A DNA stretch of 62,567 bases, the filler included. It is 6 parts of 6 records of this genome, joined end to end, with 100 filler letters (N's around TTAATTAATTAA, not from the genome) between each part and the next. Parts side by side here need not be neighbours in the genome. Positions count along the whole stretch, not along the records: positions 39,669 to 45,352 come from SRR31156797_5858; positions 45,453 to 54,500 come from SRR31156797_5860; 4 more parts are not named here. One strand, written 5' to 3'. The notes under the pieces are model-generated. The model was not told the origin of the DNA. It worked only from the letters and a program-made list of their open reading frames with translations, and did no database searches. Made by a program: the position numbers and the translations under genes. This document shows, one piece after another, positions 42,735 through 51,949 of this stretch (positions are counted from its first letter, which is position 1; each line of letters opens with the position of its first letter).

Positions 42735-43146
42735 TTATTTTTCTTTTTATAAATTTTATAAGTAATGATACCACAGGTAGTTTTTCATATAGATTTGATG
42801 CTGCATCCCAAAAATCTTCATGTAAAATCACCTTATCATCTGAATTAAAAATAACTCTACTTACACCTTCAAAGCTTTGAATCTCTTTGTCTTTTTTAAA
42901 TCTAAAAGTAAAGGTCCACTTGATATATGCGATATTTCTATTTTCAACTATTTCATCAATTTTGAATTTTGGTTCATCTAGCTTTTTATACATATTTAAA
43001 AAGACTCTAAAAATATTTTGTAAACCTTTTACTTCATGGAAAGGGTCTTTAAATTTTGCATTCAAATCAAAATATTTTGCATACTCTTTTAATGGTGTGT
43101 CTTTATTGATAGACTCGAAAAATGAGCCATAGTTTTGAGCTTTCAT
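42727..43146 (-). CDS. NTF2/SnoaL-like protein
   Basis: FKDPFHEVKG, HEDFWDAA..LYEKLP. Confidence 0.85.
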   Translation of the reverse strand: MKAQNYGSFFESINKDTPLKEYAKYFDLNAKFKDPFHEVKGLQNIFRVFLNMYKKLDEPKFKIDEIVENRNIAYIKWTFTFRFKKDKEIQSFEGVSRVIFNSDDKVILHEDFWDAASNLYEKLPVVSLLIKFIKRKIND

Positions 43147-43907
43147 TTTAACATCCTTTTTGTAATTGCAAGGGAATACTTATATGGAATAAGACTCAAA
43201 AACTGTAGAAATAGTCTTAGTTTTGTAGGAAATCTTATCTCAAAGCGATTGTCTTTCGTAATACCTTTAAAAATCTCTTTAGCCGCAAAGTTTGCTTCCA
43301 TAAGTTGAGGCATTTCAAAGTTATTTTTGTTTGTAAGTCTAGTTTTTACAAAGCCATGATTTATAATTTGTAAATCAATATTCTCTTCTTTTAACTCTGG
43401 ATGAATTGATTGAGCAAGATTTAGTAAAGCAGTTTTAGGCGCAGAATACCCACCGCCTTTTGGAAGTCCAAAATATGTTGAAAGACTTAAATTCCAAACC
43501 CATTTACCACTTTTTTGTTTTAAAAAGTATTTTGAAATAGTTGTCATGATATTTATTGCACCTAAATAGTTTGTACTATTCATTTGTGCAAACTTATTAT
43601 AATCCCATGATTTCATATCCATAACTTCATAAGCTCCTGCATTATAAAACCAAATATCTAAGCCATCAAAGGCTTCCCAAGCCTCTTTTACTTTTGCTTG
43701 GACATTTTTAGTATCTTCTACATCAAAGTCTAATAAATAGATATTATCCTTATATGAACTTTTTAGTTTTAAAAGTTGTTCATTTTCTGATGCAGTTCTT
43801 GAACTAACTACCAATCTAAAGCCATTTTCTAAAACTATTTTTGCTAATTCTAGTCCTATACCACTACTTCCACCAACTAACCAGATTTTTTTGTTTGAAG
43901 TTTCCAT
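43143..43907 (-). CDS. SDR family oxidoreductase
   Basis: GGSSGIG, NAG, YSAPK, GFVKTRLT. Confidence 0.9.
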   Translation of the reverse strand: METSNKKIWLVGGSSGIGLELAKIVLENGFRLVVSSRTASENEQLLKLKSSYKDNIYLLDFDVEDTKNVQAKVKEAWEAFDGLDIWFYNAGAYEVMDMKSWDYNKFAQMNSTNYLGAINIMTTISKYFLKQKSGKWVWNLSLSTYFGLPKGGGYSAPKTALLNLAQSIHPELKEENIDLQIINHGFVKTRLTNKNNFEMPQLMEANFAAKEIFKGITKDNRFEIRFPTKLRLFLQFLSLIPYKYSLAITKRMLK

Positions 43908-44047
43908 GATAGACTCTTTTTATTTTATTATATATTTAATTAAGTAGTTTTAATAGGTTTATTTTGTCAAGATATAGGAAAAATATAGACTATTATTACC
44001 CTTAACTAGCCTATAAACTTTTTTGATGTATAATATATATACTATTT

Positions 44048-45352
44048 TTGGTTATTGAAGGACTTTTTTTGGCTTATATTAACGATATTTATTATAAAGA
44101 TCTATTTGAAAATGCCCATATGCCTATGTTTATTATTGACAATGGTTTGATTGTTGAGGCAAACGATGCAATGGCAAAGGTTTTCAAAGTCAATAAAAAA
44201 GAGGATATCTATAAACTTCATCCTTCTCAATTATCACCAAAAAATCAACCAGATGGTCAAAACTCTGAAAAAAAAGCAAATGAAATCTTTAATGAGTGTA
44301 TAAAGCAAGGTTTTACGCAGTTTGAATGGCTACATAAAGACTTAGAAGGTAAAGAGTTCTTGGTTGAAATTACTTTAAAAGCAGTAACTATTGACCACAG
44401 ACAAATGTTCTTTACAACTTTTAGAGATATCTCAAAAGAAAAAGAGTATGAAGAAAACTTACAAAAGAAAAATGAAAAATTAAAAAATAAAAATAAATAC
44501 TTTTCTGAAATAAATAAAATACTAAAAACTGACCATCAATGGGAACAATTAATTGATAAAATCTTTTTGCTAGAAGAGTTTAGAAAAGCATTAGATGAAA
44601 GTTCAATTGTTTCAAAAACAAATAAAAAGGGTATTATCACTTACGTAAATGATAACTTCTGTAAAATCTCAGGCTATAGCAGAGAAGAATTAATCGGGCA
44701 AAGTCATAATATTATTAGACATCCAAATACTAAAAAAGAGTTTTTTCAAACACTTTGGCGAAAAATTATGAATAAAGAGGTTTTCAAAGGTGTAATTGAA
44801 AACAGAAAGAAAAATGGGGATTCATATTTTGTTGATACAACTCTTGTTCCTATTTTAGATAAAAACGATGAAATTGTAGAGTTTATCGGTATTAGAAATG
44901 ATTTAACTGAAGTTTTTGAAAAAGATAAAGTTATTTATGAGCAGTTTACTGATGATTTAACTTCTTTACCAAACAGACAAAGACTATTAGATGATATAAA
45001 AAAGTTTGTAAAACCAAAACTTGCTTTAATCAATATTGATAGATTTAAAGATATTAATGATGCCTACGGTTTTGAAGTAGGAGACGAGATATTAAAAACT
45101 CTTTCAAAAAGATTAGTTAAACATAGATCAACTAACCTAAAAGTATATAGACTTTCTGGGGATGTTTTTGGATTATTAGCATATGGGAATATTTCAGAAG
45201 AAGAGTTATTAAGAACAACAGATCGTATTATTCATAATCCTTTAATTCAAAAGTATAAAATAGGGGAATATGAGTTTGATATTTCATATAGTGTTGGTTT
45301 AGCTGGACATGGTGATAAACTATTAACTCAAGCAGAAGTATCCCTACAATGG
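44048..45352 (+). CDS. PAS-PAS-GGDEF signalling protein (3'-partial; an EAL domain probably follows)
   Basis: Two PAS domains, DDLTSLPNR, degenerate SGDVF. Start may be TTG at 44069. Confidence 0.85.
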
Positions 45353-45452
45353 NNNNNNNNNNNNNNNNNNNNNNNNNNNNNNNNNNNNNNNNNNNNTTAA
45401 TTAATTAANNNNNNNNNNNNNNNNNNNNNNNNNNNNNNNNNNNNNNNNNNNN
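45353..45452. other. Artificial contig linker
   Basis: N run with TTAATTAATTAA. Confidence 0.97.
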
Positions 45453-45494
45453 TTTCAAAAAGATAGAAAAGTTTATTTTTATTGCTGCTAGTTA

Positions 45495-45503
45495 TGATAT
45501 AAT
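45495..45503 (+). promoter_or_regulatory. Extended -10 promoter, candidate Pc
   Basis: TGATATAAT (TGnTATAAT) about 160 nt upstream of the first GTT core site. Confidence 0.4.
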
Positions 45504-45664
45504 GGGCATATGTTCATGAAATTCATTCTTAAATCGTATCAATATAGCAATGCTATCAAAAATGTTATCTAGAAACATGAATCATTTATTGTGAAGGATG
45601 ATACTGTATCACTCAGTATAAAAATACATATACTTTGCTTTAATAGAACAGGCAAGAAATAGAT

Positions 45665-45671
45665 GTTAAAT
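45665..45671 (+). other. First core site GTTAAAT (candidate attI R box)
   Basis: GTTAAATGG is the reverse complement of CCATTTAAC at 46381-46389. No attC hairpin was found upstream. Confidence 0.55.
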
Positions 45672-45686
45672 GGATTAAAATAAAAA

Positions 45687-46388
45687 ATGAAAGATAAATT
45701 GGATATTGAATATAAAATAGTAGACTTATCAGCTGAAATCCTTTCAAAAGAAATGAAAGGTATCTCAACACCTGAAAGAGAAAAATATTTTATTTTAACG
45801 TTCTTTCAACACATTAAAGAAATAAGAGAATCAAGAAGATCATTAGAAATTATAAAAATACTGTTGGAACTTTCACCCAAAAAGACAAAAAGAATTACAA
45901 AGCAAGAGTATCTTATATACCATATTAATAACTATTTACATGAGATTTATATCTTCAAATTAAGAGTTGATAATCTTGTAATATTTATTCAAAGAGCATA
46001 TAAATGTACAAAAATTAGAGAGAAAACTAATGATTTTAATAAAAAAATGTTAAAAGTCATAAACAATAGTTTTTATGATATCCTTAAAGAACGTGGATCA
46101 CATGTACATCAAAAACGTTATGATGACAAATATATAAACAATATGGAACTATATAGCATTATTGCCAATACATCAGATGAATTTAAAAAAGAGGCAGAGT
46201 TTGGTTACAATGCAACAAAATATAGATGGAAGAACTTATCAAAAAAGAACAATGATGAAATAGATAAACTCATTGAAATGATATATGAAAAATTAAGTTT
46301 ACTTATAATGAAAGATGAAGAAATAATTATACCATCAACAATTATAGATCATGAGAATAATAAGAAGAAAAAAAATGAAACCATTTAA
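45687..46388 (+). CDS. HEPN-domain protein (Cthe_2314-like), cassette 1
   Basis: YHINNYLHEIY..RVD and Rx4H motif RGSHVH. The stop codon lies inside R''. Confidence 0.7.
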   Translation: MKDKLDIEYKIVDLSAEILSKEMKGISTPEREKYFILTFFQHIKEIRESRRSLEIIKILLELSPKKTKRITKQEYLIYHINNYLHEIYIFKLRVDNLVIFIQRAYKCTKIREKTNDFNKKMLKVINNSFYDILKERGSHVHQKRYDDKYINNMELYSIIANTSDEFKKEAEFGYNATKYRWKNLSKKNNDEIDKLIEMIYEKLSLLIMKDEEIIIPSTIIDHENNKKKKNETI

Positions 46389-46492
46389 CAAACAATTGAA
46401 GCTGAATTACCTACTGTCATCGATCATTCTTTTCAGCTTCGCAGGCATGATCAACGCCAGCCAACGGTAATCAGATTAATTGGAAGTTATGC
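46383..46492 (+). repeat. attC site (110 bp)
   Basis: R'' ATTTAAC and R' GTTATGC. Arms CAATT(G)AAGCTGA(A)TTACC and GGTAATCAGATTAATTG pair with two unpaired bases; inner GATCAT/ATGATC. Confidence 0.85.
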
Positions 46493-46596
46493 AGCCCTAC
46501 GGGCAGAATTTCTAGGAGATTATTGAATAATAATTATTTGAACCAAAATAAAAATATTCTAAAATTATTCCAGAATATTATCAGAGAGTAAAAAAT

Positions 46597-47730
46597 ATGA
46601 ATGCAGTTAAGAAATTTAAGGAAATGATTAATCAATACTCATATAAAAATTTTGGTAGAGGAGAAGGTCCACTAACAAACATTACCTTCTTTTTTGGTGC
46701 TGGATTTTCAAAATCGTGGGATAAGGAGTATCCTCTTTGTGATGAGTTATTTTCATTTATACCCCATGATTACAGTTCTTGTTATGCTGTAAATACATTT
46801 TTAAATGATTGTGGGATAGATACGCATAAAACTATGACTCTTCAGGCTTTTTCAGAATCATACTACAAGCTGTTAATGATGGGAAAATATGATTTCTTAC
46901 AAGGTAGATATTATGATGATTTCAATATATCTGCAATCGATAGAGAGATTCGTTATATTATTTATTCAGAATTTACAAAAAAAATTGAATTGAACTTTTC
47001 CTATGATGGTTGTATAGCACATCCAACAATAACCGAGAGTCAGAAGGAAATTATAAATTTCTTTTATGAATTAATGGATCATTTAACGGGAGATTCGTTA
47101 TATCCAGAGGGTTTAAGATTAAATTATATTACAACAAATTATGATTTTATAATTGAAGGAATTATTGATACTATACTTCAACCAGACGATTTTCACTATA
47201 TTCATACTTATCGAGGCTTCACAGCCGATAAAATAAACGAATATGAAAATATTTCCTATTTGCATCAGGAAGATCTTGTTTATAGATTAATAAAACTCAA
47301 TGGAGGTTTTGAGATCTTTGAATCTGGTAATTTATATAATATTGACTATAGGAAAATTTCATTAAGTCAAATTAAGGAAAATCCCCCACTTCTCATTCTC
47401 CCTTCTAAAGAACAAAATTACGATAATAACTATTTCAATACTATATTCAAGAAAGCTGTTCGTTGCATGAATGAATCAACTGTTTTAGTTATTGTTGGAT
47501 ATGGTTTTTCAGAAGAAGATTCAGTAATTAGACTTTTATTAAATAATTTTGCTGAATCAAAAAGAGACGTAGCTAGTAAAAATCTATTTTATATTGATCT
47601 AGCAGAGAAAGAAATTATGCGAAGTAGAGTTCAGCAAGTATTTCCAAATAAGGAATATGTGAGATCTTTTGACTCATACTTTTCTGGTAGTTTTGCAAGC
47701 TTTTGTAGAGCATTTAATTCATTAAAATAG
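46597..47730 (+). CDS. SIR2-like domain protein, cassette 2
   Basis: FFFGAGFS, ITTNYD, IKLNGG, LILPS..K, VIVGYGFSEED. Confidence 0.82.
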   Translation: MNAVKKFKEMINQYSYKNFGRGEGPLTNITFFFGAGFSKSWDKEYPLCDELFSFIPHDYSSCYAVNTFLNDCGIDTHKTMTLQAFSESYYKLLMMGKYDFLQGRYYDDFNISAIDREIRYIIYSEFTKKIELNFSYDGCIAHPTITESQKEIINFFYELMDHLTGDSLYPEGLRLNYITTNYDFIIEGIIDTILQPDDFHYIHTYRGFTADKINEYENISYLHQEDLVYRLIKLNGGFEIFESGNLYNIDYRKISLSQIKENPPLLILPSKEQNYDNNYFNTIFKKAVRCMNESTVLVIVGYGFSEEDSVIRLLLNNFAESKRDVASKNLFYIDLAEKEIMRSRVQQVFPNKEYVRSFDSYFSGSFASFCRAFNSLK

Positions 47731-47744
47731 AAAAGGAGTATTGC

Positions 47745-47978
47745 TTGGATAAAAATAAATTACCTCAAGATATATCAAATATTCTTGCCTATGCAATAAG
47801 AGATTTGATTTGGTATAAAACAACATTACAGACTGTTCAGTATGTTCTTGAAGAACTTTCAAACAGGGGTACTTACACTCACTACGTTCGAACGCAAGTA
47901 CCCCGCCAAATTCTTCCGCTTTGCTTCAGGAACAAATCTGCTCGTTTAGTGGGCGTTATACGTTCAAAAGAAAAATAA
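47745..47978 (+). pseudogene. Short ORF, probably a truncated gene running into attC-like DNA
   Basis: Strong AAGGAG RBS and TTG start; the 3' half overlaps GC-richer hairpin sequence. Confidence 0.35.
47858..47961 (+). repeat. Rearranged or partial attC-like element
   Basis: R' GTTATAC at 47955-47961 and hairpin GGGGTACTT...AAGTACCCC (47866-47904). No left arm matches the right arm. Confidence 0.55.
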
Positions 47979-47986
47979 GGTGAAAA

Positions 47987-49249
47987 ATGGATATATTTGA
48001 TGTAATTGAAGAATGGGATTTAAACACTGATAATATAAACTTTCATAAATATTCTCGATCAAATATAAGGGATCTCGCACAGCAAATTAATAATCTATAT
48101 TCCAATAAAAGTGAATTCTCATTTGATCGCTATCATTTAGGTTTAAATGAATCTATTAGATTTATGGAAAATAAAGATGATAAAACATCAATAAACAATA
48201 ATCTAATATTTTCAGAACAAATGTGGTTACCAGATCCTTTATATTCAATGTTTTCAGACAATGCAAGTAAGGTTTGGATGAAGTTACCCGATAGTGGTTC
48301 AGATTATATAACAGAAAAGACAGGGATACATATCCAATGGAAAAGTTATTGGACTACTCCAATTAAAGATAGGATAGAATATTTAAACGAAACTTTTCCA
48401 ATTGTTTTAAGAAAAATTAATAATATTAAATTGTTGTGTAAAAGCAAGATAGTTTATTTAAAGCCATGGGAATTAATATTTAGCGACGAATTATTAAATA
48501 TCAAAAAAATACTCCCTCCATTACTAGAAAATACAGATATATTGAAACAAATTACAGAAAAATATGTTCAATCTCAATATAATTTAGGTCCAAGACTGGG
48601 TGCAATGGGGGTAACGCTTAGCCAAGATGATCCAATACATAATCTGAAAAAAGGAACAGATCTATGGATGGTTGATAAGAGTAATATAATAGTTTACGGA
48701 ATACTTAATACGATACTTACTGATAAACTTGGGTCAAACTTTATTTTGAAACTTCCAGGTGATAAGATTGTATATGAATTTATTAGAAGTGGTGGATATA
48801 TCAATTTAGAGGATCATTATTTTAATAGTAAAATCTATATTCCGAATTTAGATAATCTTTCATTTAATGATATTATTTCCATTAGAGAAGATTCAGAAAC
48901 TTTAGAAATCTTAAGAAAAACATTAACTAAAGCAAAAGAAATGAACAATTCATCTTCGATTGAAGTTATAAAAATGGAATTGCAAGAAATCTCAAGAAAG
49001 ATGAAGGAAGATCGCAACTTTCTAAAGATTAATAAAATAAATTTTAGAGAATTAGCTATTGGTGGGTTTATAGGATTCGCTTCAGGTGCCATTTCTGGCG
49101 GAACTTTACCTATCACAGCTGCTACAACATCATTAGGTGCAGGAACACCTTTCATAGTTAATCTTATAAATAATTCTTTTGGAGAAGAAAGTAAAAGAAG
49201 TAAAAAAAGAATTGATCTATTATTAAAGATAACAGACAAAATAAAATGA
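47987..49249 (+). CDS. Hypothetical protein with a C-terminal Gly/Ala-rich hydrophobic hairpin, cassette 3
   Basis: 420-aa ORF with an RBS, bounded by GTTATACGT and ACGTATAAC. Confidence 0.8.
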   Translation: MDIFDVIEEWDLNTDNINFHKYSRSNIRDLAQQINNLYSNKSEFSFDRYHLGLNESIRFMENKDDKTSINNNLIFSEQMWLPDPLYSMFSDNASKVWMKLPDSGSDYITEKTGIHIQWKSYWTTPIKDRIEYLNETFPIVLRKINNIKLLCKSKIVYLKPWELIFSDELLNIKKILPPLLENTDILKQITEKYVQSQYNLGPRLGAMGVTLSQDDPIHNLKKGTDLWMVDKSNIIVYGILNTILTDKLGSNFILKLPGDKIVYEFIRSGGYINLEDHYFNSKIYIPNLDNLSFNDIISIREDSETLEILRKTLTKAKEMNNSSSIEVIKMELQEISRKMKEDRNFLKINKINFRELAIGGFIGFASGAISGGTLPITAATTSLGAGTPFIVNLINNSFGEESKRSKKRIDLLLKITDKIK

Positions 49250-49250
49250 C

Positions 49251-49349
49251 GTATAACAAACCCATGCAGTAGTCATGTCTATTGTCACAGAATCTACTGA
49301 GCACATTCTGCGCCAATTAAACGACTTGTAACTGATAGGGATGTTATGC
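49251..49349 (+). repeat. attC site (99 bp)
   Basis: R'' GTATAAC and R' GTTATGC. AT(G)CAGT pairs with ACTGAT leaving one extra base; inner ATTG/CAAT and CAGAAT/ATTCTG stems. Confidence 0.85.
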
Positions 49350-49377
49350 AGACAGCCTTAGGCGCTAGGGAAATTAA

Positions 49378-50103
49378 ATGATATATGAATTACGTAATAA
49401 AATTCCACAAAACAGTAGTTATATTTACTCTGAAGATGTGTTAACAAGCACAATATTTGGTAATCTCAGATATTTTAGCTCAAATAAAATATTAGAAAGT
49501 TTCCTGACATTTGCAGTCAAACTGGATAATACAAGGTTTAATGTAAAATTACATAGCGACTTAAAGTTTCTCTTTTGGAAAAAATTATCCGGTAGAGATA
49601 GTCAAATAAATGAACCTGATTTGATACTAGAAGATAGTGAAACAGTAATAATAATTGAATGTAAATATCATTCCTCGCTTTCTGAGCAAAATTTATATAA
49701 TAAAATAGAATATACAAATCAATTAATACGATATTCAACAGTTTTTGATGACTACTATAAAAGCAAAAAAAGAAAAATTATTATTTATCTTACTCATGAA
49801 AGAAAACAACCAATAGACACGCTAAAAATTACAGCAGAAAAAGTATCAGATAATATTGAATTGTATTGGTTGTCATGGTTTTCTCTATATGATGCCTTAT
49901 CTGAAATTGATATTAAAAAATTAAACAAAGGTGAAAATGAATTATATAATGATTTATTAAGATTCCTTAGAAAACGGGGAATAATCACTTTTAATGGGTT
50001 TAAAAATAATCATAAAAGGCTAATGTGGAGATATGATAACGTAAGACATTATTCGTTTGATAAGAGGATTCACTTAATAAATAATAAATGGAGTTATTTA
50101 TGA
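49378..50103 (+). CDS. PD-(D/E)XK nuclease-like protein
   Basis: SEDVLTSTIFG, EPDLILED...IIIECKY, NQLIRY, IIIYLT, WLSW. Confidence 0.78.
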   Translation: MIYELRNKIPQNSSYIYSEDVLTSTIFGNLRYFSSNKILESFLTFAVKLDNTRFNVKLHSDLKFLFWKKLSGRDSQINEPDLILEDSETVIIIECKYHSSLSEQNLYNKIEYTNQLIRYSTVFDDYYKSKKRKIIIYLTHERKQPIDTLKITAEKVSDNIELYWLSWFSLYDALSEIDIKKLNKGENELYNDLLRFLRKRGIITFNGFKNNHKRLMWRYDNVRHYSFDKRIHLINNKWSYL

Positions 50104-50618
50104 ATACAATAAAAGAGATTGTTAATGATTATAATTCATTGATTTTAGATATAAGGAATTTGATTACAGATGTTTCTGGAATTATAGAGAGAGACAATAG
50201 AATTAGTTTTCAGTATGAAGGGTGGTTGCCACGAGATAGGCCTGCTTGGAGTTTGAAAAATACATACTCAAAATCATTCATTAATGGTGATTCCATTTTC
50301 TATTTAGGTATTGATTTGATAAGTGATAATCCTTATTTGTTATTATCGTATACATCTATATGCTTAGAAAATTGTAAGATAAACGAGTTTACTGAATATG
50401 ATGCTTATGCACATATCGAAAATCAGGAAATTCATAAAACAGAAGTAACAACGGGTATTTATTCATTTAAACAAGATTGGGGTGAATGTTTTTATTGTAA
50501 AATAAATCTTCTGGAAATTGTTAACAGAGAAGTTGTTAGTTCAGATATCAGTTCGATTATTGATTTTTTATTTACTCAAGAAGACAGTGTTAAATGTAAA
50601 TATATAAAATTCGTCTAA
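50100..50618 (+). CDS. Hypothetical protein translationally coupled to the nuclease
   Basis: ATGA overlap at 50100-50103 with a GGAG RBS. The stop lies inside GTCTAAC. Confidence 0.72.
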   Translation: MNTIKEIVNDYNSLILDIRNLITDVSGIIERDNRISFQYEGWLPRDRPAWSLKNTYSKSFINGDSIFYLGIDLISDNPYLLLSYTSICLENCKINEFTEYDAYAHIENQEIHKTEVTTGIYSFKQDWGECFYCKINLLEIVNREVVSSDISSIIDFLFTQEDSVKCKYIKFV

Positions 50619-50657
50619 CAATTAAAGAGTGAAATAGGTGGATTATTACACTATAAT
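50613..50657 (+). promoter_or_regulatory. Orphan R'' site followed by a sigma70-like promoter
   Basis: GTCTAAC at 50613-50619 with no hairpin; GTGAAA-17 nt-TATAAT at 50629-50657. Confidence 0.45.
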
Positions 50658-50689
50658 CAAAAGCTAATCATTTCGGAATGGTGATACTT

Positions 50690-51949
50690 ATGAATACTAG
50701 AGATACAGAAAAAATTGAAAATTGTTTTTACAAATTATATATAGCATTTATGGATAAGGTTGTCAAAGATCGATTTGATAAAAGTATTATTTTTGGAATT
50801 TCTGATGGACCAGTTATTGACTTTCAAGGATATACACATTCAAGGCTTTGTGAATTAGTAGATTTAAAGGAATATAAAGAATTATGTGCTCTAGTAAAAA
50901 AAATATTAGCTAAAGAAGTGCATCCATACTTTATTTTTGGGTATATGTTTTCCGATGTTTATATGAGTTTAAATCCGATATCACCTCAATATCGTATTGT
51001 GAATAATATTCCTAACATACAATCTTTTTGTAGAAATCCAGATATTTTGATGAATGCCTTAAGTACTGGATCAATGACTTTAGACATGAAAATTGATAAT
51101 TCATTTTTAATTGTTCTTCAGGGGGTAAAAATACAGAAGCAAATAAATATACCTGGAATAGGTGTGATTAAACCTTTAGGAAATGATTTGGATTTACTCA
51201 AAAATAATAGAATGTTTAAATTTGATTGGGGGCATGTTTATACTGGACTATATGTTAGTAATATAGATTACTTAGAAGACGATTATATCAAAGTACTACT
51301 TACAATATTCAGGTTGTTTAAAAAAGGTGATATCCGATATTTGAATAAGTATCAGAAAGTTGAAAACTACGCGACTGGATATAAGTATCTAAAATATAAG
51401 AACTCAAGTTCAAATAATGATTATTCGGAAGAATCTGCAAAACATAGGGGAGATGCACTTTCTCTATATAAGTTAGATCAAAAAGAATGTGATGATTTTA
51501 TTTATTTCTATAATGAAATGTTCAAACCTCTACAAAAAATGAAATATTCATGTGAATTTTTCAATAGAGCAGTCTTATCGCCTCATTATATTAAGGATTT
51601 GTTTTTATTTATTGTTATTGAATCATTCTTTTCAGATGTATCTATCGAAATTTCGTATAGAGTTTCTTTATATGTAACTAGGTTATTAAATGAAAATGTT
51701 GATTTTTTTAAATTATTCAAGGATTTGTATAATTTAAGAAGTAAACTTGCTCATGGTGATCCTGATAGTGCAAAAAAAATAAGGACAAGAATCTATAAAA
51801 ATCATGCTACTATCTTTAGGAAATACTCTGATGACAATCAAATCATTGAGGGTATTGTTAAGGCTTTATTTATTAATTTAGCAAGAATAAATTGGGACCC
51901 AAAGAAATCAGGTAGCACAATGAGGGATTTGCTGATAAATATTGAATAA
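50690..51949 (+). CDS. ApeA-like HEPN-domain protein
   Basis: C-terminal LFIVIESFF...EISYRVS...LYNLRSKLAHG (Rx4H). The ORF track start is 50678. Confidence 0.78.
   Translation: MNTRDTEKIENCFYKLYIAFMDKVVKDRFDKSIIFGISDGPVIDFQGYTHSRLCELVDLKEYKELCALVKKILAKEVHPYFIFGYMFSDVYMSLNPISPQYRIVNNIPNIQSFCRNPDILMNALSTGSMTLDMKIDNSFLIVLQGVKIQKQINIPGIGVIKPLGNDLDLLKNNRMFKFDWGHVYTGLYVSNIDYLEDDYIKVLLTIFRLFKKGDIRYLNKYQKVENYATGYKYLKYKNSSSNNDYSEESAKHRGDALSLYKLDQKECDDFIYFYNEMFKPLQKMKYSCEFFNRAVLSPHYIKDLFLFIVIESFFSDVSIEISYRVSLYVTRLLNENVDFFKLFKDLYNLRSKLAHGDPDSAKKIRTRIYKNHATIFRKYSDDNQIIEGIVKALFINLARINWDPKKSGSTMRDLLINIE

Noticed and set aside
41435-44062. 12-bp direct repeat GTTATTGAAGGA at 41435 and 44051
   Set aside because: Only two copies in AT-rich DNA, and the second is explained as the RBS region of the PAS gene.
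45601-45619. Canonical LexA (SOS) box
   Set aside because: The spacing is CTG-N7-CAG, not CTG-N10-CAG.
46538-46565. TTGAAC-16-TAAAAT internal promoter for the SIR2 cassette
   Set aside because: Plausible, but such matches arise easily by chance in DNA this AT-rich, so it is not listed as a feature.
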